A stretch of 24,293 bases of DNA from a virus (taxonomy: Duplodnaviria; Caudoviricetes), in the IMG/VR virus record IMGVR_UViG_3300016474_000678, positions 1 to 24,293 of that record; one strand, given 5' to 3'. Below, in pieces: positions 1 through 8,419 of this stretch; positions within the stretch are counted from its first letter, which is position 1; the number at the start of each line of letters is the position of its first letter. The position numbers were made by a program, and so were the translations under genes. The notes under the pieces were generated by a model. That model was not told the DNA's origin. It saw only the letters and a list, made by a program, of their open reading frames with translations, and searched no databases.

Positions 1-1053
1 TGTAAATTGAAATTGTCTGGGAGCGGGTGCGGCATACACTGTTTCTACATTTGGATTTAATCCAAATCCTACTCTTGCTCTTGCATTATCATATGCATAT
101 GCACCAACTTCTTGTAATCCACCAACTATTCCACCAACTGCCGCACCACCAAGTTCACCTACACCTGATAAAAAACCACCTTGTCTGGATTTTCTTTGAT
201 CGTATTTTTTAGATAAACCAGAAGAAAAAGTGTCAAATCCTACACCCAACATACTCGCTGCTCTTGGTAGCAATCCCAACATAAGATTATCTGTTTGATG
301 TTGGTGAGTATCTACTAATTCTTTTGGCATAGGAAGAACAATTGAGTAAAATGCATTTCCTTGTGATGCATCTCCATCATATGCATTTTTTACATATTCA
401 TCAAATTTTTTATCAAAATCTTGTCCGGCCTCATGCATATAATTTTTGATTGCTTCGGAAACTTCTTTTGCTTTTGCGCCCGCATCTTCTACAACTCCTG
501 CGGCAGAGGAATCGTCCCCTGCAACTTTCTTTATTTGAGTTGAAACTTCTTTTGCCCCATCATTAATTGCATTTCCTGCAACTGATATACCATCACCTAC
601 CGCGGCAAGTGCTGTAGAAACAGCCGGTTTGGGTGGACAAATAAGATATAATCTAAATCCATCAGGTTCTTTGTCTTCGGCAAATCCACTACTACCAGAC
701 GCAGGCTGCACGATGTTTACTTCGTAGAACCCATTTGCTCCTCCATTTAATCCTAATGTTTTTTTATTTCTTTCTATTAAAGAATCTAATTCTGAAGTAA
801 AGTTTATATTAGAAACTTGATCTGCTTCAGTTTGTGCAGAATTTCTGGAACTATTTACTTCTTGATCCTCAGCATAATCAAAAATTGCACTAGCATCAGG
901 TATTTGTGCGGGAGGTTGTTCCAAATCAAAACGAGGATTCCATTGATTTGGTGGTACTTGTTGAACACCACCAGGCCCTATATTGGTATTAGAACCAGAA
1001 GGTACGAGTAGTGGAGAGATTGCTTGAATAATTGATGGTAGATTTATGCCCAT
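1..1053 (-). CDS. gp48: Baseplate tail-tube cap gp48-like protein (3' end runs off the window)
   Basis: Missing from the ORF track. Manual translation from ATG at 1053 gives 351 open codons (MGINLPSIIQ...FYSIVLPMPKELVD...GFGLNPNVETVYAAPAPRQFQFT). The IxLPMP and GxxxNPxxExxYxxPxxRxFxF motifs are typical of gp48, and the gene is divergent from gp4 as in T4-like cyanophages. Confidence 0.8.
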   Translation of the reverse strand, partial: MGINLPSIIQAISPLLVPSGSNTNIGPGGVQQVPPNQWNPRFDLEQPPAQIPDASAIFDYAEDQEVNSSRNSAQTEADQVSNINFTSELDSLIERNKKTLGLNGGANGFYEVNIVQPASGSSGFAEDKEPDGFRLYLICPPKPAVSTALAAVGDGISVAGNAINDGAKEVSTQIKKVAGDDSSAAGVVEDAGAKAKEVSEAIKNYMHEAGQDFDKKFDEYVKNAYDGDASQGNAFYSIVLPMPKELVDTHQHQTDNLMLGLLPRAASMLGVGFDTFSSGLSKKYDQRKSRQGGFLSGVGELGGAAVGGIVGGLQEVGAYAYDNARARVGFGLNPNVETVYAAPAPRQFQFT

Positions 1054-1057
1054 TGTG

Positions 1058-1089
1058 CTAAATATTTATTGAGGTTTCTTTTATTTATA
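1058..1089. promoter_or_regulatory. Divergent T4-type late promoters between gp48 and gp4
   Basis: Perfect TATAAATA on - (1082-1089) and AATAAATA on - (1063-1070) face gp48. CTAAATA on + (1058-1064) faces gp4. gp33, the late co-activator, is encoded in the window. Confidence 0.7.
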
Positions 1090-1529
1090 TGGCTACTTCT
1101 TATAAAGGTAAATACAAACCTAAAAATCCAAACAAGTACGCTGGTGATCCTTCTAAGATTATTTATAGATCATTGTGGGAGCGTAAATTTATGGTATTTT
1201 GCGATGAGAACCCAAATGTATTAAAATGGGCAAGCGAAGAAATATCAATACCATATTTTTCACCTATAGATAATGAATATCACCAATATTTTCCAGATTT
1301 TGTATTAAAGGTAAAAGATAAAACAAATACTATAAAAACTTATCTGGTAGAAATTAAACCAGAAAAACAATGCAGAGAACCAGAGAAAAAGAAAAAAAGT
1401 GATAAAACTTATTTACAAGAGATGTCACAATGGGTGATAAATAATAAAAAATGGGAAGCAGCAAAGAAATTTGCAGATAAGCAGCAGTGGGAATTTAAAA
1501 TTCTAACAGAAAAGACGCTAAATCTATAA
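1089..1529 (+). CDS. gp4: Head completion protein gp4 (TnsA-like endonuclease fold)
   Basis: YKGKYKPKNPNKYAGDPSKIIYRSLWERKFM, WASEE, YFPDF, VEIKP and NxxKWEAA motifs; T4-like context. Confidence 0.93.
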   Translation: MATSYKGKYKPKNPNKYAGDPSKIIYRSLWERKFMVFCDENPNVLKWASEEISIPYFSPIDNEYHQYFPDFVLKVKDKTNTIKTYLVEIKPEKQCREPEKKKKSDKTYLQEMSQWVINNKKWEAAKKFADKQQWEFKILTEKTLNL

Positions 1530-2155
1530 TGGCAAGCAAACTAGATCAATTCTATTCAGATCTCGCAAGAACGGGCATGGCAAGACCGACTCGTTTTGAA
1601 GTGCAGATAACTCCACCGTTTAATAATAAAACAAAAACTAGTGCATTAAATTCTCAAGATGTATTGCGCCACATGACACTAACATGCGAGTCTGCTGAAT
1701 TACCAAGTCAAAGTTTAGCGACGACCGAATATAAAATAAACGGATTACCCGTAATTCCTCTGCCTTATAGTTTTTCGTATACTAATCAATTAACTTTAAC
1801 ATTTAAGTTATCGGAAGATTATAGAGAAAGAAATATGTTTTTAGTATGGCAAGATTTTGTTTATAGAGTTGGAACTGGATTTTCATATTACGATGAATAC
1901 ATTGGAACCATAATATTACGACCATTAAATACTGCAAATGAAGTAATGCAGGAATTTATTTTTAGAAATTGTTTTCCAATTACAGTTCAAGATTTACAAT
2001 ATAATTGGGCGTCTGTAAACGAAAACTTAAAACAAGTTGTAACTTTTTCATTTTTCTCAATGGAAGCACAATCTTCGTCTGTACGAAATGGATTTTCGAC
2101 TCCAAAATTTAGTGGATTTCCTTTGGGTTTTGATAGTGGTAAAAGATTGATTTAA
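1529..2155 (+). CDS. Baseplate tail-tube initiator gp54 / gp19-like tail tube paralogue
   Basis: ARPTRFEV, CESAELPS, LTLTF..D...R..F..WQD, YYDEY, NCFPITV and VTFSF motifs of the T4 tube-protein fold; lies between gp4 and gp26. Confidence 0.75.
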   Translation: MASKLDQFYSDLARTGMARPTRFEVQITPPFNNKTKTSALNSQDVLRHMTLTCESAELPSQSLATTEYKINGLPVIPLPYSFSYTNQLTLTFKLSEDYRERNMFLVWQDFVYRVGTGFSYYDEYIGTIILRPLNTANEVMQEFIFRNCFPITVQDLQYNWASVNENLKQVVTFSFFSMEAQSSSVRNGFSTPKFSGFPLGFDSGKRLI

Positions 2156-2173
2156 ATATAAGGTGAATATAAT

Positions 2174-2893
2174 ATGTCTTTAAAAAATATAGTTTCTCTG
2201 CCAGAATACAAATCAACCTTACCAAGTGGTTTGGTTGTTCGATATCGTCCATTTGTCGTAAAGGAAGAAAAAATTCTTCTTATGGCAAAAGAATCAAAAG
2301 ATATGGAACAAATCTATTCGTGTATTAAAAATGTAATTAAAAATTGCATAATCGAACCAGAAAATTTAGATATAGATAAACTTCCATATTTTGATGTACA
2401 ACAATTGTTTATTCATCTTCGTTGTAAATCAATGGGAGAATCTGTACAAATACGGGTAAAAGATCCAGAAACAAAACAATCATTTGAAACCGAATTGGAT
2501 TTAGAAAAAATAAAAATAACAAATATAACTAAAAAATTACAAAAAATAAAATTAAATGAAAATATTGCAGTAGAATTTAGATATCCATCTTTTTCCGATT
2601 TCTTAAAAATTTCAAATAAGACAGATGATGTTGGTCTTGAAACGCTATTATCTGTTGCTGGAATTTGTGTAAATAAAGTATTTACAAAAGAGGAAACTAT
2701 TAATTGTACAGAATTACCACATGAGGAAATTCTAGAATTTATTAATACCTTACCCAAAAAAGAGTTTGAAAAATTTTGTGAGTTTTTCAAAAGTATGCCA
2801 AAAATTAGTTACAATTCAAGTTTTAAAAATCCAGTTACTGGGAAAGCATTTCCCGTGGAGGTGACGGACTTCACTGATTTTTTTATCTTATGA
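2174..2893 (+). CDS. gp26: Baseplate hub assembly protein gp26
   Basis: LPxY...LPS...YRPFVVKEEKILLMAKES, LPYFD..LFIHLR.KSMGE, RYP, FF.SMPK, and C-terminal DFF. SD-like AAGGTGA upstream. Confidence 0.9.
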   Translation: MSLKNIVSLPEYKSTLPSGLVVRYRPFVVKEEKILLMAKESKDMEQIYSCIKNVIKNCIIEPENLDIDKLPYFDVQQLFIHLRCKSMGESVQIRVKDPETKQSFETELDLEKIKITNITKKLQKIKLNENIAVEFRYPSFSDFLKISNKTDDVGLETLLSVAGICVNKVFTKEETINCTELPHEEILEFINTLPKKEFEKFCEFFKSMPKISYNSSFKNPVTGKAFPVEVTDFTDFFIL

Positions 2894-3066
2894 TGAGTGT
2901 AGAATCTCTAGAATCCATGTATAAAAACAATTATTGTTTATTGGAAAGTGAAGTTTACACTCTTTTAGATTTAGAAAGCATGTTGCCTTGGGAAAGATAT
3001 ATTTACATAAATTTATATGTAAAAAGTATGAAAGAAAAAGCAGAAAGAATCAAACAGAGAAAATAA
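2890..3066 (+). CDS. gp51: Baseplate hub assembly catalyst gp51 (58 aa, missed by the ORF track)
   Basis: Manual translation: MMSVESLESMYKNNYCLLESEVYTLLDLESMLPWERYIYINLYVKSMKEKAERIKQRK*. The LExMxPWERxIY motif is characteristic of gp51. ATGA overlap with the gp26 stop. Confidence 0.85.
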   Translation: MMSVESLESMYKNNYCLLESEVYTLLDLESMLPWERYIYINLYVKSMKEKAERIKQRK

Positions 3067-3069
3067 CAA

Positions 3070-5250
3070 ATGGCAAAAAAAGAAACAACAGTTAGAACAG
3101 ATAGAGCAGGAAAAAAACTAAAAGACACAGTTTCTTCTGTTGTTTCTTCACGCAAACCTGAAGATAAAACAGAAAGTACTAAAGAATTAGTCAAGTATAT
3201 TAAAGAAAATTTTCCATTATTTGCTAATTTACTTTCCGATGTTAAAAAATCATCAGAAGCATCAAACAAACAAGTAATTCAGAAATTAGATTACTCTCAT
3301 AAATTGTTTGAAAAAAATAAAGACATAAGTTCACAAATACACACAAAACTAGAAGATTCTAGAAAATTATTAAGTGGTATTGATGAAAAACTTGAACATG
3401 CAAATAAGCAAAGAGAACAAGCAGCAGATTTAGCAGAAGAAAGAATAGCGGAAGATGCTAAAGAAAAAGCATTTCTGGAAGAAAAAAGATCAGAAATGCA
3501 AGAAAAGCAAAATGCAGAAATTATAACAAAACTTACAGCACTTGATGATACTCTTAAAGGATTAGATATATCGGGTGGTGGTGGCAAGGGCGGCGGACTT
3601 GGTGGATTGTTTGATGGTCTAAAAAATTTACTTGCAGGTGGGTTAAAAAATCTATTACCACTTGCAATGAATGCACTAAAATCATTTGTTCCTGCTTTAG
3701 CATCACTTGCGTCCGCTATCTTTACAAATCCTGCTTTTATGGTTTTAGCAGCTGCCGCACTTGGAGCGGGTGCTGGTTATTTACTTTGGAAAAAATGGTT
3801 AGAACCATTAATGGAAAAAGAATTTGCTGAAAAAACCAAAGCAATGTCGCAGCAAACTAGTTTTGTAACCGAACAATCCACCGACGAAGAGGGTAAAAAA
3901 CTATTTGTAGAAACCGATAGTAATGGTGTGACTCGTATTCTTTCTGAAACTGACCTTGCCGCACGCGCCGGAAAAGAAGGAAAAACAGCAGAAGAGTATA
4001 CTACTCAACAATTAGAACAGGGAAATCTTCGTAAATTAACATACAAGAAAGATTTTACAGGTAAGGTAGTTGAGGGACAAGAAACATACACGACAGGACA
4101 ACAACAAGAAAAGGCCCAGCAGATTATGGCAAAATCTGCTGATGTGTCCGAAGAAGTAGATCAACGAGCAATGGGTGAAATCTTAACAAATATGTTTAAG
4201 GATAAAGATTTTACTAAAATGTCTGAACAAGACAAAGACAAATATGCAAAACAAGCATTGGCAAACTATGCAGCAATAACGGGCAAACAACTTTCCATTG
4301 AACAATCTATGGGAATGGAAAAGCAATTTAAAACATACATGGAAGATGAAGGATCTTTAAAAATTGCAGCAGATATTTCTGAGCGTCAACTAAGATCTAA
4401 ATCTATTGATAATATTAAAGAAGATATTCAAGGTCTACACAATCGTCTTGTATCCGCTCTAACTGGTAACTATAGTTCTGAAGAAGAAGCATCAAGAGCA
4501 GTAGAAACCGCAAAGGGATTAATTATTGATATTGGTAAAAAGTTACTACCCCAACGCGCAGATAAAACACTAAAATCTGCAAGATATGAAGGATTAACCA
4601 ATACAGATATACAAAAACTTTATGATGAATATCCATTATTGCAACACATAATTCGTCAAGATGGTCAATTATATTATAAAATAATGAGAGATGAAGCGCA
4701 AGTTGTAATTAAAGATGCGCTATTCGGTCGTTTGGGTGGATACAAAGCAAAAGAAATGAACGGAAAATGGGTAATCGGAACAACAACAGGTACTTGGCCG
4801 TTTAGTGATAAGGATGTAAGTTTCAGTCAACGAAATGATGTAGATTCTAAATTCCCCGCGTCTGCTTTTGATGCATTGAAAAATATGCCAAAATTAGCAG
4901 AAGGTGGAGTTGTATTACCAAAATCAGATTTAGGTGTAATTGCTAATATATCAGAAAATATGAAACCCGAAGCAATTGTTCCTCTTGACAAGTATGTGAT
5001 TAGTGAAAAACCAGAAGCAATTAATTTATCAGAAAAAGCCACAATGGCAATGCGAAATTCTTATTTTGAAGAAAGAGAAGCATTACAAGGATCTCAAGCA
5101 CCAGTAATTATTAATAATGTAAATAATAGAGGTGGATCTTCTGGAACTGATCAGGGTGCAAACTTCCAATTCCAGACAGATCTTGCCAAGACATTTGATA
5201 ATGTATTTGAGATGATTTTAGAGAAGAATATTAGAACTGGACTAGCCTAA
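3070..5250 (+). CDS. gp29: Tape measure / baseplate hub protein gp29-like
   Basis: 726 aa helical protein after gp26-gp51. It has a coiled-coil N-terminus, a Gly-rich linker with a hydrophobic segment (FMVLAAAALGAGAGYLLW), the tape-measure motif PKLAEGGVV...E..KPEAIVPL, and a C-terminal APVIINNVNN. Confidence 0.75.
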   Translation: MAKKETTVRTDRAGKKLKDTVSSVVSSRKPEDKTESTKELVKYIKENFPLFANLLSDVKKSSEASNKQVIQKLDYSHKLFEKNKDISSQIHTKLEDSRKLLSGIDEKLEHANKQREQAADLAEERIAEDAKEKAFLEEKRSEMQEKQNAEIITKLTALDDTLKGLDISGGGGKGGGLGGLFDGLKNLLAGGLKNLLPLAMNALKSFVPALASLASAIFTNPAFMVLAAAALGAGAGYLLWKKWLEPLMEKEFAEKTKAMSQQTSFVTEQSTDEEGKKLFVETDSNGVTRILSETDLAARAGKEGKTAEEYTTQQLEQGNLRKLTYKKDFTGKVVEGQETYTTGQQQEKAQQIMAKSADVSEEVDQRAMGEILTNMFKDKDFTKMSEQDKDKYAKQALANYAAITGKQLSIEQSMGMEKQFKTYMEDEGSLKIAADISERQLRSKSIDNIKEDIQGLHNRLVSALTGNYSSEEEASRAVETAKGLIIDIGKKLLPQRADKTLKSARYEGLTNTDIQKLYDEYPLLQHIIRQDGQLYYKIMRDEAQVVIKDALFGRLGGYKAKEMNGKWVIGTTTGTWPFSDKDVSFSQRNDVDSKFPASAFDALKNMPKLAEGGVVLPKSDLGVIANISENMKPEAIVPLDKYVISEKPEAINLSEKATMAMRNSYFEEREALQGSQAPVIINNVNNRGGSSGTDQGANFQFQTDLAKTFDNVFEMILEKNIRTGLA

Positions 5251-5301
5251 AAGAACAACCCCGCTTACGCGGGGTCATCAACCCCGCTTACGCGGGGTCA
5301 T
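5249..5301 (-). terminator. Rho-independent terminator of gp32 (GNRA-loop hairpin, present twice)
   Basis: On -: ACCCCGC-GTAA-GCGGGGT twice, the second followed by TGTTCTTTT. Located between convergent gp29 and gp32. Confidence 0.8.
5256..5301. repeat. Perfect 23-bp tandem direct repeat x2 (CAACCCCGCTTACGCGGGGTCAT)
   Basis: Copies at 5256-5278 and 5279-5301 read directly; each contains the 7-bp inverted repeat. Confidence 0.95.
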
Positions 5302-5325
5302 CCTTCGAAGTAGCGTTGTTACGCT

Positions 5326-6249
5326 TTATTCTTCTTCTGCCAACTTCTTGAAGTAGTCTAGCGCACTCTCTTCCTCATCGGAATCTTCGCTTTCCTCCGA
5401 AACCTTTGGAGGAGACTTCTGCTTCATAGATGGAGCAGACTTGGTCTTAGGATAACTATCCTCGTCATCAAAATCACCAAAAGATTCCGCAGTCTTGGAA
5501 GTAACCTTTGCATCACCATTCAGAACTTCGTTTAGACGAGTCTTAAGTTCGTCATACGACTTGAATGATGCAGGATCGTTGAACTCCTTCAGTCCGTACT
5601 GCTTCTTCCAAAGTGCTTCCAACTTGGCGTCATCACCGTCAAGAACAGCAGATGGATTATCAAACTCGCTCTTGTCGTAGTTTGTGAAACCAGCAACCTT
5701 GCGAATCTTCAACTTGAAGTTTGCACCTTGCCAAAAATCAAAAACATTTACTGCTTGATCGTCCGCAAATTCGGGTTGAATCTTTTCCATGATCTTATCG
5801 AAGATCTTCTTACCGAACTTGAAGAGGAATACCTTACCTTCGTTCTCGGGGTGCTTCGGATCGGAAACAACGAGAATGTTCGCAATGTACGACAACTTGC
5901 GCTTACGCTCACGGGCAATCTCCTTGTCCTTCTCTGTACCACTATTCCAAAGAACAGTATTCATCTCAGAAACAGGATCCTTCTTACCAATTGTAGTAAG
6001 TGAATTCTCAATATACCAACCGCCTGGTCCCTTGAAACCGTGAGTAAAGATGCGAGTCCACGGAACATCTTCACCATCAACTGCGGGAAGGAAGCGAATT
6101 ACTGCAAATCCGTTTCCTGCTTGATCGACTTCAGGCTTCCAAAAGCGATCATCCTTATACGACTCGCTGCCCTTGTTCAACTTGTCCAGTTCTTGAGTAA
6201 GACGGGAGATAGTTGATTGCGAGTTCTTCTTAAGATTCTGAAAAGACAT
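5326..6249 (-). CDS. gp32: Single-stranded DNA-binding protein gp32
   Basis: DDRFWKP, GNGFAVIRFLPA, HGFKGPGGWYIENSLTT, RKRKLSYIANILVV, FKFGKKIFDKI, FDFWQGANFKLKIRKV, NYDKSEF motifs; acidic tail ending ALDYFKKLAEE; SD AAGGAG at 6255-6260. Confidence 0.97.
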   Translation of the reverse strand: MSFQNLKKNSQSTISRLTQELDKLNKGSESYKDDRFWKPEVDQAGNGFAVIRFLPAVDGEDVPWTRIFTHGFKGPGGWYIENSLTTIGKKDPVSEMNTVLWNSGTEKDKEIARERKRKLSYIANILVVSDPKHPENEGKVFLFKFGKKIFDKIMEKIQPEFADDQAVNVFDFWQGANFKLKIRKVAGFTNYDKSEFDNPSAVLDGDDAKLEALWKKQYGLKEFNDPASFKSYDELKTRLNEVLNGDAKVTSKTAESFGDFDDEDSYPKTKSAPSMKQKSPPKVSEESEDSDEEESALDYFKKLAEEE

Positions 6250-6294
6250 ATGTTCTCCTTGTACGAAATGTACGCTGTGTAAAACGATGTGTGT

Positions 6295-6322
6295 AGTATA
6301 GCAGAGAGTTCTGCTGTGTCAA
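6295..6322 (-). promoter_or_regulatory. Sigma70-type (early/middle) promoter for gp32
   Basis: On -: TTGACA (6322-6317), 16-nt spacer, TATACT (6300-6295), with an extended -10 TGn (TG-C-TATACT). Confidence 0.75.
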
Positions 6323-6325
6323 GTG

Positions 6326-6333
6326 TATTTATA
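6326..6333 (-). promoter_or_regulatory. T4 late promoter TATAAATA upstream of gp32, overlapping the gp33 stop codon
   Basis: + strand tatttata at 6326-6333 is the exact T4 late consensus on -. Confidence 0.7.
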
Positions 6334-6550
6334 GGGGAAGACGAGCGGACTTTGGAAGAAGGTTAATTGTTTCTCCTTCTGCTCTTATCTTCTCAATTAT
6401 TGGTTTGGATAGATGCTTGGCAACATATGATGGATCAATATTCTTTTCTTCACAGAAGGAAAGAATTGCTTGAATGTAACCATCTTTATTGTTTAAGACG
6501 ATCTTCTCTATCTCTTGATTTATGTTTATTTCATTAGTTTCAATTATCAT
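6329..6550 (-). CDS. gp33: Late transcription co-activator gp33
   Basis: IEKIV...YIQAILSFCEEKNID...VAKHLSKPIIEKIRAE...NLLPKSARLPL; 73 aa; adjacent to gp32. Confidence 0.9.
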   Translation of the reverse strand: MIIETNEININQEIEKIVLNNKDGYIQAILSFCEEKNIDPSYVAKHLSKPIIEKIRAEGETINLLPKSARLPL

Positions 6551-7448
6551 ATTCTTTATTCTCCAAATATTGCATTACACACTTTGTTGGAGTCCAACCT
6601 AAAATAGTTTTTATTTTAGTATTATCCGCTAGTGTATTTCTTGCTTCACCTATTCTTGGTGGTAGATGAGTATACTGCATACTCATCTTTTTTGCAATAT
6701 CTAATACAGAATATTTTACACCAGTTCCAACATTAAAAATTTCACCTTTTAATTTTTGTTCATGCATACATGCTTTATAATTTGCATCTATTACATCAAA
6801 AACATGAACATAATCTCTGGTTTGTAATCCATCTCCAACTATTGTTAATGTTTCATTGTTTTTAAGTTGTCTAGAAAATATTCCAATCACTGGAGCATAT
6901 GAACCGCGTTTTGGTTGATTTGGACCATATACATTAAAGTAACGCAAACATACAGTATCTACTCCATATAAATCAGAATACATCTTACATGCTTGTTCTG
7001 CGGATACCTTACTAAGAGAGTATGCGTTCAAACAGTCAGGATTCATATCTTCGGATAATAATCCTTCATTTACTAAACCATATATTGCAGAAGTAGATGA
7101 CAAAACAAATCTTTTAACATTATATTTTTCGCACAACGCAAGCAGCACTAAAGTACCAATCAAATTGCTTTCGTATGCTTTAATTGGATCGTTTATGCAA
7201 TTTTGAATTCTTGCTTCTGCTGCAAAATGTAAAACATAATCTGGTTTATGTCTATTAAATACTTCTGAACACATTACATAATCAGTAACATCATAGTTGT
7301 AATAAACCGCATTACTATTATAATAAAATTGATCATGGGCATCTGAAGATAAGTTATCAATAACTACAACAGAATGACCTAATGATATTAGATAATTTAC
7401 TGCGTTTGATCCTATAAAACCACAACCACCTGTTATTAAAAAAATCAT
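6540..7448 (-). CDS. NAD-dependent NDP-sugar epimerase/dehydratase (GalE/WbpP-like 4-epimerase)
   Basis: TGGCGFIG nucleotide-binding motif, YSLSK (YxxxK), LRYFNVYGP, GDGLQTRDYVHV. The likely start is ATG 7448 (ATGA overlap with gmd) rather than 7469. Confidence 0.88.
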   Translation of the reverse strand: MIFLITGGCGFIGSNAVNYLISLGHSVVVIDNLSSDAHDQFYYNSNAVYYNYDVTDYVMCSEVFNRHKPDYVLHFAAEARIQNCINDPIKAYESNLIGTLVLLALCEKYNVKRFVLSSTSAIYGLVNEGLLSEDMNPDCLNAYSLSKVSAEQACKMYSDLYGVDTVCLRYFNVYGPNQPKRGSYAPVIGIFSRQLKNNETLTIVGDGLQTRDYVHVFDVIDANYKACMHEQKLKGEIFNVGTGVKYSVLDIAKKMSMQYTHLPPRIGEARNTLADNTKIKTILGWTPTKCVMQYLENKEYDN

Positions 7449-8419
7449 TTTTTGTAATATTTTAACCAATAATCTATCATTTCATCCATCATTTGATTAA
7501 ATGAATATTTTGGATTCCATTTTAGTTCTATTTTTGCTCTAGAGGAGTCACCTCTCAAATAATTTAATTCTTCTGGTCTTAGATATTTTTTATCTGTTTG
7601 AACATATTCTGTCCAATCAAGATTTAATTTATTAAAAACATATTCAACCATTTGCTCTACAGATCTAGTTTCTCCAGTTGCAATTACATAATCCTTTGGA
7701 GTTTCTTGTTGAAGCATTAACCACATTGCCTCAACATAATCTTTAGCATGACCCCAATCTCTTTTTGCTTGTAAATTACCTAAAACTAATTTATCTGATA
7801 ATCCCAACTTAATTTTAACCGCTTCTAATACTGTTTTATTAGTAACAAAATTAATACCTCTTCTGGGAGATTCATGATTGAATAAAATTCCAGAACATAC
7901 AAACATATTATAAGCATTTCTATAATTATTACACAAAGAATGTGCATATAATTTTGCACAACCATAAGGACTTACTGGTTGCATTAATGTAGTTTCTCTC
8001 TGCATACCGTCAGTATCGCAGGAATTTCCAAACATTTCTGATGTTGCTGCATGATACACTTTAGAATGCGGAGAAAATCTTCTAACTGCTTCCAATACTG
8101 CAAGAGTTCCACCAGAATTTACATCTAATGTATATTTTGGCAATTCAAATGAAATTTGAACATGAGATTGTGCGCCTAAATGATAAATTTCATCTGGTTT
8201 AATTTCATTAATTAATGATTCTACACTCATGGAATCTGTTAAATCCATATAATGTAATTTTATTTTATCAAATACATGATCTATTCTTGTTGTTTGATAT
8301 TCTGGAGTAGAATTTCTTCGTATGGTTCCATGAACATCATAGTTTTTTTCTAATAATAATTCAATCAAATATGATGCATCTTGACCATTTGCACCAATTA
8401 CTAATGCTTTTTTATTCAT
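7445..8419 (-). CDS. gmd: GDP-mannose 4,6-dehydratase
   Basis: GANGQDASYL, AQSHV..SF, ATSEMFG, PVSPYGCAK, GILFNHESPRRG..FVT.K, LGNL.AKRDWGHAKDYV, LRPEE motifs. Confidence 0.96.
   Translation of the reverse strand: MNKKALVIGANGQDASYLIELLLEKNYDVHGTIRRNSTPEYQTTRIDHVFDKIKLHYMDLTDSMSVESLINEIKPDEIYHLGAQSHVQISFELPKYTLDVNSGGTLAVLEAVRRFSPHSKVYHAATSEMFGNSCDTDGMQRETTLMQPVSPYGCAKLYAHSLCNNYRNAYNMFVCSGILFNHESPRRGINFVTNKTVLEAVKIKLGLSDKLVLGNLQAKRDWGHAKDYVEAMWLMLQQETPKDYVIATGETRSVEQMVEYVFNKLNLDWTEYVQTDKKYLRPEELNYLRGDSSRAKIELKWNPKYSFNQMMDEMIDYWLKYYKK

Noticed and set aside
27-1011. + strand ORFs 27-212 and 817-1011
   Set aside because: Antisense shadows of the gp48-like gene on -, which is open across 1-1053.
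1160-1167. Additional exact TATAAATA on - inside gp4
   Set aside because: Falls in codons of the conserved IIYRS motif in AT-rich DNA; may be chance, and closer copies already serve gp48.
1089-1529. TnsA-like nuclease suggesting a Tn7 element
   Set aside because: The motifs and context are those of head completion gp4; no tnsB/C or transposon ends.
2840-2854. Hairpin GGGAAA-GCA-TTTCCC in the gp26 3' region
   Set aside because: It lies upstream of the slippery site, so it is not a 3' stimulator; no U-tract; no supportable function.
5256-5301. Palindromic direct repeats as a mini-CRISPR array
   Set aside because: Only two 23-bp copies with no spacer; explained as a duplicated terminator.
5326-6249. 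gp32 lacks the T4 zinc-binding cysteines (ENSLTT...DPVSE)
   Set aside because: Cys-free gp32 is the usual form in aquatic T4-like phages; not novel.
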